Positions 41,407-52,611 of a stretch of DNA of 64,000 bases are shown here, piece after piece. The stretch comes from an uncultured bacterium (lineage in GTDB: Bacteria; Acidobacteriota; Thermoanaerobaculia; Multivoradales; J023): NCBI GenBank assembly GCA_937948815.1, contig CALFAM010000308.1, forward strand, positions 5,817 through 69,816, written 5' to 3'. Position numbers and translations under genes: made by a program. The notes below the pieces were generated by a model that saw nothing but the letters and a program-made list of their open reading frames with translations, made no database searches and was not told the origin of the DNA. Numbering within the stretch: position 1 is the first letter of the stretch; each line of letters starts with the position of its first letter.

Positions 41407-42837
41407 GTGGCATGCGACCCGCTCCGTTCGTCCAACGTCCGCTCGCTTCGCTCGACCGTGCTGGCCTGTGGCCTCGCGCTCACGCTGGCAGCGGGTCTCG
41501 TGGCTGACGACATGTCGATCAAAGTAGACGAGCCTTTCCCCAATCTCGTGCTCCGCACCCTGGACGGCGAGCTGAAGACGATCAGCGACTTTCGCGGTAC
41601 GAAAGTCGTCCTGCACGTCTTCGCCTCCTGGTGAGCGGGCTGTCGAGTACACGTGCCCGGGTGGCACGACGCGACAGCAGCCTTGCAGCGCGCCGGAAAG
41701 GTGCAGATGGTCGGCATCATTCAGGAGCAGAATCCCGATCGCTGCCGGCTATTCATGCAGTGGCAGCAGATGGACTGGCCGATCCTGGTCGACACCTTCG
41801 ACCTGCTCGAGGTGAGCGTGGTGCCCCTGACCTACGCCATCGACGAGCACGGCATCGTGCGCCGCGCAGGCCTGCGCCTCGGGGACGCCGAGTCCATTGA
41901 GGAGACCTTCCTCGACAAGACCTGGCCGGCACCGGGCCAAGACGGTGAAGCGCCAGCGGGCGACCTGACAGTGGCCACCCGCCAGCTGCGGGCCCTTGCC
42001 GCCCAGGCGACCTCGGGAGCCCCCGACGACATCGGCCAGGCGCTCGATGCCTATGAGCGCCTGGTGCGCGATCAGCCCGACAATGGCTGGGCGCACTTCC
42101 GTCTGGCCGCGGCCTACCGCCTGCGCTACGACTCGACCGGCCGGCAACCCGAGGACTTTCAGCGCGCGGTCGACCACTGGCCACGAGCCCTCGAGATCGA
42201 CCCCAACAACGACATCTGGCGCCGCCGCATCCAGCAATACGGCCCGCGGCTGACCAAGCCCTATCCGTTCTACGACTGGATTCCGGCGGCACGGGAAGAG
42301 ATCCTCGCGCGCGGCGAAACGCCTGTGTCGCTCACCGCCGAGCCCACCGGCGCCGAGATCGCCAGCCCCAGCCGCGACTTCGACGCCGCCGTCAGCACGG
42401 TCGCGTCACCAGATCCCGAAGGACGCGTCTATCGCGACCGGGCCGAAGGCGACACCCGAGCCCTGATTCAGGCCGAGATCACCACCGTGCCGAACGTCGT
42501 CGCCCCCGGCGCCGCCACCCGCGCCCACCTGGTATTTCGCCCCAACGAAGGCCGGCTCGCGCACTGGAACAACGAGACCGAGCCGCTCCGCGTGTGGGTC
42601 GAGCCTCCGCCTGGCTGGCATCTCGACCACCAGCTCCTCACGACGCCCAACCACGAGCAGCCGACCAGCAACGAGACCCGGAGCCTCGAGCTCGAGATCA
42701 AGGTGCCGGAGCAGGCCGTCAGCGGGCCGGTCGACGTTCCGGCCTACGCCCTCTACTACGTCTGCGAAGACGAGAACGGCACCTGCCTCTACCGGCGCCA
42801 AGACCTCACCATTCGCGTCGACGTCCGCGGGCCCTAG
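41407..42837 (+). CDS. Selenoprotein (Sec76, UxxC): exported TlpA/AhpC-TSA-type redoxin + TPR-like + DsbD-N-like domain, 476 aa
   Basis: ORFs 41407-41634 and 41653-42837 are in the same frame, separated only by TGA 41632-41634, giving HVFASW-U-AGC; SECIS-like hairpin follows; SD GAGGAG 41393-41398. Confidence 0.85.
41639..41678 (+). promoter_or_regulatory. Bacterial SECIS-like element
   Basis: Lower stem GCTGTCG/CGACAGC, upper stem CGTGCC/GGCACG, apical loop CGGGT starting 23 nt after the UGA. Confidence 0.75.
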
Positions 42838-43016
42838 ACCGGCCTCACGGCGGACGTTGCACCCGCGTTCCGTCCGTTGTCCACAAAGCACCGAGATCCG
42901 CACGGTGGCATCCAAGCTCTCGACAGCGGCTTTTACCCGAGCATCGAAGCGCATACTTCGACCGTGAGCGAAGTGGTCTCCTCTCCCGAGCCCTAGGGTT
43001 GGTGCCAGGCACCATC

Positions 43017-44096
43017 ATGACCCTCGCTCCGGGAGAGCCGAACATGCTTTGCACCGCCATTCCGCGATTTCGCCATTCCAGAACGCGACTGTTTCTCGCC
43101 CTTGCGTACGTGTGCGCGAGCGGCGGGCCCTTGCTGGCGAGTCAGGGATCGCTGCCGGTCCGCACCCATCCGGTCGACGTTCGCGACGGCCTGCGGGTCG
43201 CTCTGCATCGGTACCAGCCGGCAGAGAAGTCGATCCGCGCATCGCTTCCGGCCGTGCTCTTTCTCCATGGCTCGACGTTCCCGACCAAGCTCTCTGCGGG
43301 CTACGTGTTTCCAGATGGAAGCTCGTGGATGGAGCACTTCTCAGACGCCGGCTTCGATGTATGGGGCCTCGACTTTCTTGGCTACGGAGACTCAGACCGC
43401 GACCCAACGATGGTCGGCGAACGACGAGACGGCAAACCGATCGGCCGGGTACCGGACGCGGTGATGCAAGCTACGGCGGCCGTCGCGGCCATGCGCGCCG
43501 CGGGGGTCCGTCGCGTTGCCGTCGTCGCGCATTCCTGGGGCACGATGGTCGCCGGCAGGCTGGTACAGGACCATCCTGACCTCGTCGAGCGCCTGGTTCT
43601 CTTCGGCGCGATCTCGCCACGAAGCGAACCCTCCGCGCCCCGCGCCGCCATCGCCTTCCAGGAGGTCACGGTCGCGCAGCAGCTCGCGCGCTTTGCCGGC
43701 CAGGTTCCCGAGGGGGAGGCGGGCGTCCTCGTCGAACCGCGGCTGGAAACCTGGGGCTCTCGGTATCTCGCGACCGACCCAACGAGCCCAGAACGCGAGC
43801 CTCCGGCAGTACGTGTCCCCTACGGCCCGGTGGTCGACACGCTGGAAGCTTGGGCCGGACGACTCCCGTACGAACCGAAGAAGATCCGGGTGCCGATACT
43901 ATTAATTCGGGGCGAATGGGATCTGGTTACGACCGCAGCCGACGCGGCGTGGCTGTTCGATGCTCTGGTGGCCGTACCCGAGAAACGGAGCGTCGTGATC
44001 GGTCACGGCACCCACCTCCTGCACCTCGAGCGAAGTCGTTTTCAGCTCTATGACGAGGTCGCCGCCTTTCTCGCCGCCGACTCCAGCGAGCGGTAG
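43017..44096 (+). CDS. Alpha/beta-fold hydrolase, probably exported (alternative start 43044)
   Basis: LFLHG, DFLGYGDS, nucleophile AHSWG, RGEWD, GTHLLHLE. Confidence 0.85.
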   Translation: MTLAPGEPNMLCTAIPRFRHSRTRLFLALAYVCASGGPLLASQGSLPVRTHPVDVRDGLRVALHRYQPAEKSIRASLPAVLFLHGSTFPTKLSAGYVFPDGSSWMEHFSDAGFDVWGLDFLGYGDSDRDPTMVGERRDGKPIGRVPDAVMQATAAVAAMRAAGVRRVAVVAHSWGTMVAGRLVQDHPDLVERLVLFGAISPRSEPSAPRAAIAFQEVTVAQQLARFAGQVPEGEAGVLVEPRLETWGSRYLATDPTSPEREPPAVRVPYGPVVDTLEAWAGRLPYEPKKIRVPILLIRGEWDLVTTAADAAWLFDALVAVPEKRSVVIGHGTHLLHLERSRFQLYDEVAAFLAADSSER

Positions 44097-44175
44097 ACGC
44101 TGAAGCAGAAGCTGGCGACGTCGGCATCCTTGGCGGGTCGACCGCCCGTCCCGATGAGAGCGTCCCGATTACCCT

Positions 44176-46796
<2,621 letters not shown>

Positions 46797-46800
<4 letters not shown>

Positions 46801-47411
46801 CGTCTCGCGGGGGCCCAGGATGACGATTCGTCGTACCCGCGAAGCTGGCTGCAGAGCCAGGCGCGTGCCATGCGCCAGCGCCGCGTCACCGTGGCGCTCG
46901 AGATGCCCAGCACGAGCGCGATTTCCTCCCGGTCGAGACCACCGAAATAGCGCAGCTCGACGATCCGCGCCTGCTGCGGGTTGCGCTCGGCCAGCCGGCG
47001 CAGGGCCTGGTCGAGGGCGAGGAGATCGGGATGGCGCCTGTCTGGCTCCGCGGCGGCTTCATGGAGGGGCAGATCTTCGCTGCCGCTGCCGCGCTTCGAC
47101 GCCAGGTGCTTGCGCGCGTGGTCGATCAAGACCTGTCGCATGAGCCGGGCACATAGGGCAAAAAAGTGCGCCCGGTCATTCCACGAGATCTTCTCCATGT
47201 CCGCCATGCGGAGAAAAGCCTCGTTCACCAACGCCGCCGAAGCAAGGGTGTGCTGCGCGCGCTCCCCGCGCAAGATATTGGCGCCGAGCGCGCGCAAATG
47301 ACCGTAGACCAACGGCATGAGGGCATCGAGCGCGCGCCCGTCGCCGTGGCCCCAGGCGGCGAGCAAAGCCGTGATCGACGGCTGATCGGCCTGCGTGGCC
47401 TCCTCGGTCAC
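46797..47411 (-). CDS. ECF sigma factor, TIGR02999/ECF43-like (kinase-associated)
   Basis: ITALL.AW..GD..AL..LMPLVY..LR, ALVNEAFLR, RAHFFA…MRQVLIDHAR, VELRYFGGL, W..ARAWL. Confidence 0.9.
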
Positions 47412-47689
47412 CCGGGCTGCTCGACACAGACTCCGTTGCTGACCACGCAGCAGAAGCGGCCGCTCGGCACGAGCAAGCCCCCCTGGTAGCGATCACACCA
47501 TTCGACACAGGTGTGCCCGCTACCACTCTGCGTGGCACATGCGGCGTCGTGGCGCGCTGCGTCCGGCGTCCGGACGTATTCACCTCCGGCGTGCTCTGGC
47601 GTCATGTTGGCCTCGGAGCTTCCAGGTGTGAGAAAGAACGCGCCGGCGACCAGCGCGACGACGATGAAAACCCCCAAGAGTCGATGCAT
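47408..47689 (-). CDS. Small secreted six-cysteine peptide (93 aa)
   Basis: Sec signal ending SEA; C-X9-C-X3-C-X14-CC-X6-C; purine-rich SD; GTGA overlap with the ECF start. Confidence 0.7.
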   Translation of the reverse strand: MHRLLGVFIVVALVAGAFFLTPGSSEANMTPEHAGGEYVRTPDAARHDAACATQSGSGHTCVEWCDRYQGGLLVPSGRFCCVVSNGVCVEQPG

Positions 47690-47744
47690 GACGACCTCTC
47701 CTTCATCGGTTCACGATACGGCTTTTGCGATCGGTGGCCCGGCG

Positions 47745-47774
47745 GCTGATCGAGGTCTCAGCGCCTCGATCAGC
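47745..47774. repeat. 11-bp inverted repeat (hairpin) between the two small secreted genes
   Basis: GCTGATCGAGG-8nt-CCTCGATCAGC; no U-tract. Confidence 0.6.
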
Positions 47775-47835
47775 GATACCGCCAAGCCGATCATTGCTGG
47801 ACGAAACGTTTCCGAGCATCCCCCCAACCGGACGA

Positions 47836-48189
47836 TCAGTATAGTGGCAAGCCGCAGCTCACCCAGCGCGAGGCACTGCCCGAGCTGCCGCTGGGCGAGG
47901 TCACCGTGACGGTGAGCAGGCCACCCGAGCCGCCACCCGAGCAGTAGACGAACCGGATCGGGCCGTTCGCCGAACCACCATTGCCAAAGATCAGGTTGCC
48001 TGTGGTGGTCCAGGAGTAGGAATTGCCGCCGCCGAATGGAGAGGCGAAGCAGATCGCACCACTCGGTTCGGGCTCGCAACTCATGGAGACGCTCAGACCA
48101 CCAGCCGCAGCCGAGTCCTGAGCCGGAACGAGAGAAAGCGCGCAAACAGCGGCGAGGGCGAGGGCAGGGACCAACAAACGTTTGAGCAT
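47836..48189 (-). CDS. Small secreted Gly/Ser-rich beta-sandwich (Ig/PKD-like) protein, 4 Cys in the mature part
   Basis: Signal MLKRLLVPALALAAV…AAA; YSW and LTVTVT.PSG patterns; SD GGGAG. Confidence 0.7.
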   Translation of the reverse strand: MLKRLLVPALALAAVCALSLVPAQDSAAAGGLSVSMSCEPEPSGAICFASPFGGGNSYSWTTTGNLIFGNGGSANGPIRFVYCSGGGSGGLLTVTVTSPSGSSGSASRWVSCGLPLY

Positions 48190-48345
48190 GGGTCGGGCTC
48201 CCGGGCGGATACACCGGACACGTCAGTGTGCCCCGGTTCCACCTCCGCCCTTTCCCTGCGAAGAAAGCGCGACCCGTGGATCAATTTTCTTCGTCCGATG
48301 TGCGCACCCCGGGGTGCCGCACGATCGGACGACGCATTGGGTCAT

Positions 48346-48379
48346 ACGCTACTTCGGGTCAGACGCTACTTCGGGTCAG
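48346..48379. repeat. Perfect 17-bp tandem duplication overlapping the ychF stop codon
   Basis: ACGCTACTTCGGGTCAG at 48346-48362 and 48363-48379. Confidence 0.85.
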
Positions 48380-49446
48380 ACGTTGAAGCGGAAGTTGGTG
48401 ACGTCGCCGTCTTTCATCACGTACTCCTTGCCTTCGAGACGCAGCAGCGCCTCCTCGCGGCACTTGGCCAGAGTGCCGAGACGCAAGAGGTCATCCCAGG
48501 CCACGACCTCGGCGCGGATGAAACCGCGCTTGATGTCGGAGTGGATGGCACCGGCGGCGTCACGGGCAATGGTGCCGTTCTTGATCGTCCAGGCACGCAC
48601 CTCGTCCTCGCCGACGGTGAAGAAGGCGATCAGGCCGAGCAGCTCGTAGCTGGCCCGCAAGACCCGGTCGAGGCTCGGGGTTTCGAGCCCGAGATCGTCG
48701 AGGAACTCTCGCTGCTCGGCGTCGTCGAGCTGGGCAATCTCGTGCTCGATCGGCGCGCTCACCACCACGGTCTCGCGATTGTTCTGCTCTTCGATGCCCA
48801 GGTTCTCGAGCACCGGCGTGCCGAGATCACCGTCGCCAACGTTGACCACCACGAGCATCGGCTTCGCCGACAGCAGCTGGAAACCACGCAGGCGCTTTTC
48901 GGCGTCGGCGTCGAGCTCGATGGTCCGCAAGGGCTGTTCGTTCTCGAGCGCGGGCAGAATCACCTCGGAGAGCAGCTCACGCTCCCGCGTTTCCTCGGAA
49001 GACAGCCCCGCCTTCGCCTGCCGCGTCAAACGGTCCAGCCGACGCTCGACCAGCGCGTGGTCGGCGAAGACAAGCTCGAGGTCGATGGTCGCGATGTCGC
49101 GTCCGGGGTCGACCGAGCCCTCGGCATGCAGCAGCTCGTCATCCTCGAAAGCGCGCACGACGTGGACCAGGGCGTCGACGGTACGAAGCTGGCCGAGATC
49201 GAGGCTCTCGCTACCGCCCCCCTTCTCGATGCCCGGAATGTCGACGTACTCCACGGTCGCGGGGACGTAACGCTTGGGCTTGAACAGGTCACGAAGCCGG
49301 GCCAGTCGATCGTCCGGAACCTTGGCGACGGCGACGTGCGTCTTCTTCGAAGCACCGAACTTGTCGGTCGCCTCTTCTTGGGCCGTCAGCGTATTGAACA
49401 GGGTGGTCTTGCCTGACTTCGGCAGGCCGAGTATCCCGACTTGCAT
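48376..49446 (-). CDS. ychF: Redox-regulated ribosome-binding ATPase YchF
   Basis: GILGLPKSGKTTLFN, VDIPG, HVVRAF, FFTVG.DEVRAW, IHSD…GFIRAE, LEGKEY..KDGD. Confidence 0.94.
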   Translation of the reverse strand: MQVGILGLPKSGKTTLFNTLTAQEEATDKFGASKKTHVAVAKVPDDRLARLRDLFKPKRYVPATVEYVDIPGIEKGGGSESLDLGQLRTVDALVHVVRAFEDDELLHAEGSVDPGRDIATIDLELVFADHALVERRLDRLTRQAKAGLSSEETRERELLSEVILPALENEQPLRTIELDADAEKRLRGFQLLSAKPMLVVVNVGDGDLGTPVLENLGIEEQNNRETVVVSAPIEHEIAQLDDAEQREFLDDLGLETPSLDRVLRASYELLGLIAFFTVGEDEVRAWTIKNGTIARDAAGAIHSDIKRGFIRAEVVAWDDLLRLGTLAKCREEALLRLEGKEYVMKDGDVTNFRFNV

Positions 49447-49532
49447 AGGAGTGTCATCCTCCGGGCGCTTGGACACCCGCAGGGCCCAAGTGGGGGTTGT
49501 TCGCTCAGCGTTGTCCGCTCAGCGTTGTTCGC

Positions 49533-50909
49533 TCAGGAAGGGCGTCGTACGAGCTCGAGCCCGCGTACGAGCACCGTGGGTGCGCCAACCATGCCGCCAG
49601 CGGCCGGCAAGAAGGTCAGATCGCGCGCCGTGGCGAGGATACCGCGCAGCAGCGCGCGGATCGAGCCAACGAGCTCGGCACCGGTCACCGCGCCGGATGC
49701 ATGGCCACGATCGATCGAGAAGCCGCACACCGGGAGGGCAAAGCGGTCACCGCCAGGATTGATCCGCGCCTCGCCCTCGGCATCGAGCAGATAGTAGCCG
49801 CGTGAGAGGTCAGCAACCAGATCGGCGACACTGGTCTCTGGCGAGGGGGTCAGAAAGAAGTGCGTGGGTCCGGGTCGGGGCAGGTCTCGCCAGCTCGGAC
49901 GCTGGCTGCAACCCGAGGCCAGCCCTGGTTGCCGCGGCGTCTGCCACCAGGCGAGCAACGGCTGCTGGGCGACGCCCTCGGCGACCAGCCGGACACCGCG
50001 CGCGGTCACCCCTTCACCGTCGACCGGTGCCTCGACCAAGCCGCCGGGAAGTCGACCGTTGTCGATCAGGGTCAGGGGCTTCCCACCCAAACGCCCGTGC
50101 AGCTCACCGAGCGCTTGCCCGGCCGCACTCGGGCCGAGCCAGAGCGGCACCAGACCGGCGAGCAGGCGGGCCGCGACCGGCGGCGCCAGCAGGATCTCCC
50201 CCCGGTCGCGCACCGGCGTCTCGCCACGCTCGGCGACCAGCAAGCGGTCGGCCAGTCGTCGTGCGAGCGCCACGGGGTTGAGGAGCCGGGCCTCGCGGGC
50301 CAGGGCTTCCACATGAACCCGGGCCGCGAGCTTTTGCTTGCCTGCCTCGAGGCGCAGGATGGCGACGCGCTGGCGGGTCCGGGCAGCCATGCTCCGACTC
50401 GACAGGAGCTGTGCTTCACTCGCCCCGTCGTCCAGCACGGCGCGAATCAGGCGCGCTCCGGGAAGCTCGGTGTCGAGGGCACGACCAATGCCCCGGATCA
50501 GTGCGAGCGCGTCGTTCTCACCGACCAGTGGCGCATCGAGATCGGCCGGGGCAGTCCAGCGCGCCACGGGACGGGGAGACGGCAGGCGTAGCCCCTCGCC
50601 ATCCGCCTCGGGCCACGGCGCGTCCGGCCGCGGCGTACCCGTCGCGGCATAGAAGAAGGAACGCCGCGGGTCGCCGGCGCGTACCGCCCAGCCCTCTTCA
50701 CGGCGCACTGTGCTGATCAGGCGGGAGCCTTCGACCACGAAGGTACGCGATCGCCCGGTCTTGGCATAGACCTCGGCCTCGGGCCACCCGGCACCTTCGA
50801 GCACGGACAGCGTCTCGGCCAGGGCTTCGCCGCGCTTGTCGCCCCGCTGTCGGTCGCTCGGTGCCCGATCGTCGCGGGGCGGATCGCTGCGGAACGGGTC
50901 GTTCACCAC
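49533..50909 (-). CDS. TldE/PmbA-like protein (non-catalytic partner)
   Basis: TldD/PmbA fold motifs (AEVY, DGEG, GYYL), no HExxxH; adjacent to the TldD-like gene. Confidence 0.75.
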   Translation of the reverse strand: MVNDPFRSDPPRDDRAPSDRQRGDKRGEALAETLSVLEGAGWPEAEVYAKTGRSRTFVVEGSRLISTVRREEGWAVRAGDPRRSFFYAATGTPRPDAPWPEADGEGLRLPSPRPVARWTAPADLDAPLVGENDALALIRGIGRALDTELPGARLIRAVLDDGASEAQLLSSRSMAARTRQRVAILRLEAGKQKLAARVHVEALAREARLLNPVALARRLADRLLVAERGETPVRDRGEILLAPPVAARLLAGLVPLWLGPSAAGQALGELHGRLGGKPLTLIDNGRLPGGLVEAPVDGEGVTARGVRLVAEGVAQQPLLAWWQTPRQPGLASGCSQRPSWRDLPRPGPTHFFLTPSPETSVADLVADLSRGYYLLDAEGEARINPGGDRFALPVCGFSIDRGHASGAVTGAELVGSIRALLRGILATARDLTFLPAAGGMVGAPTVLVRGLELVRRPS

Positions 50910-50916
50910 CGCGCCC

Positions 50917-52230
50917 TCATGGTGCCGTCACCTGAAGCCCTTCGACGCGAATCGCCGGCACGGTTGCCCAGACCGGCATACGGACGCCTCCTTTGGCACA
51001 CCAACCCGCGCCCGCCGGACGGACTTCGCTGCCGATCGCCACCACCGCCGACAGCAGATCGCCAATGCGACCCCGCAGAACACACGGTCCCGTCGGCGTG
51101 CTGGCGACACGATTCTGGATCCGAAGCGCGTTCGGAAATCGAAGCTCGAAGGTGCCGGCGTGCGGATCGAGATGGCCGCGTGAAACCGATGGCAAGTACA
51201 GCCCGTCTTCGGCGTCAGCCAGGAGCTCTTCCTCGGTGTGCTCGCCGGCGACCAACTCGAGGTGGTGCGAACGGGGAACCGGAGCCTGATGTCGGCCACC
51301 ACGCCGGCCCGCACCCGCGGCCAAGCGCTCCGAGGTGGCTGCCCACGCTCGGTCGCACAACGGCTGCTCGACCGTACCGTCACGCACCAGCCAACGTCGC
51401 AGCACGGGCGTGCCTTCGTCGTCGACCGTGCGGCGCACGGGTTGAGGCGCGGCGGATGGATCGTCGATGACGCTCACGTGCTCGGCCCCGAGTCGCACGC
51501 CAACCGCGGCCTCGGGGTGCCCCCCCAAGGCCAGCGTGTCCGCTTCGAGCGCATGCGCCACGGCTTCGTGCAGCAGCACCGCGGCCGCCTCCGGTCCGAG
51601 CACGCAGGGGCCGGACCAGGGCTCCGGTGGCTCGGCTTCGCGGCTCCGCCAGGCTCGAACCAGGGCTCGCGCGACGTGGGTGGCCGCCGCGTCGTCGAGG
51701 GTGGTGAACAGCCCTCCCCAACGTCCGTGCGGCGTGCTTGCGGTGACGCTGTAGAAGGCTTCACGCTCGATCGGCGACGCGATTCGCGCGCCGACCACGA
51801 GCAGCGTTCGCCGATGGCGTTTGACGTCCAGGCCGACCGGCAGCGAAGCCTGGCGCTCCCGCACGGCCTGGCGCACGGCCGACGGAAAGCCCAAAACCTC
51901 GTCTGCCTCGGCAGGAGCGGGCGGCGCCAAGGAGAATCGTGGGTCTGGAAGCTCGGCCCGAGGTTGGGTGCGTGCCACGCGCCGCACCGCTTCCGTGAGC
52001 GCGCGGCCGTCGATGCGATCGGCCGTCGCCAACCACGACTGCTCACCTCGCTCCAGGCGGACCGCCAAACCCTCTTCGAAGCGCACGCGAAAGCCTGGCG
52101 CCTTGCCGTCCGCGGGCAATGCGACCTCCTCGATGCGCTCGAAGTAGGCATCGGCAGCGTCTTCGGGACGCGCCAACAGGCGTGCAATCGTTCGTGCCAC
52201 GCCAGCGGTATCGATGTCGTCAAACGCCAC
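50917..52230 (-). CDS. TldD-like metallopeptidase
   Basis: LLHEAVAHALEAD, DDEG, GWCAKGG; GTG 52230 with GGAG SD. Confidence 0.82.
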   Translation of the reverse strand: MAFDDIDTAGVARTIARLLARPEDAADAYFERIEEVALPADGKAPGFRVRFEEGLAVRLERGEQSWLATADRIDGRALTEAVRRVARTQPRAELPDPRFSLAPPAPAEADEVLGFPSAVRQAVRERQASLPVGLDVKRHRRTLLVVGARIASPIEREAFYSVTASTPHGRWGGLFTTLDDAAATHVARALVRAWRSREAEPPEPWSGPCVLGPEAAAVLLHEAVAHALEADTLALGGHPEAAVGVRLGAEHVSVIDDPSAAPQPVRRTVDDEGTPVLRRWLVRDGTVEQPLCDRAWAATSERLAAGAGRRGGRHQAPVPRSHHLELVAGEHTEEELLADAEDGLYLPSVSRGHLDPHAGTFELRFPNALRIQNRVASTPTGPCVLRGRIGDLLSAVVAIGSEVRPAGAGWCAKGGVRMPVWATVPAIRVEGLQVTAP

Positions 52231-52611
52231 GTTCGTCTCCCTGCGGCACCTTAGACCAAAGGCAGTTCGAGCGCCATCCCGTGCTAAATTCTCTCCCCGA
52301 GCCGGCTCGCCGGGATCCGCGAATACGAACCGCTGCTGGCGCGTAGTAGAGGTGGGGATTCGGACCATCGAGCTTGCTTGCGATTTCTTGCTTCTTGGCT
52401 CGATCAGCCATCCGTTCTTGACCGTCTTTTTTGTCCGGCACTTTCGGCCGTCTTTCTCGACGGTCATACGCAATCGCCGCTCTCTTGCGGCGTTCCCGGC
52501 TCGCCGGGGCTCCGCTCCGCGCGGAGCATGTTCGATCTACAGGCAATCTGTCGACGGCTGCTGTCGACCCCTGCTAACGACCTCTGATCACCCTTGCCGA
52601 GGAGGCTTGTG

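Noticed and set aside
41407-42837. Pseudogene or two separate genes interpretation
   Set aside because: The stop falls exactly on the catalytic Cys position, the frame is preserved and a SECIS-like hairpin follows
48346-48379. CRISPR array
   Set aside because: Only two abutting 17-bp copies with no spacers; no cas genes anywhere in the window
47408-52230. RiPP cluster made of Cys-rich peptides plus TldD/E
   Set aside because: The peptides carry Sec signal peptides, ychF separates them from tldDE, and no modifying enzyme or transporter is adjacent
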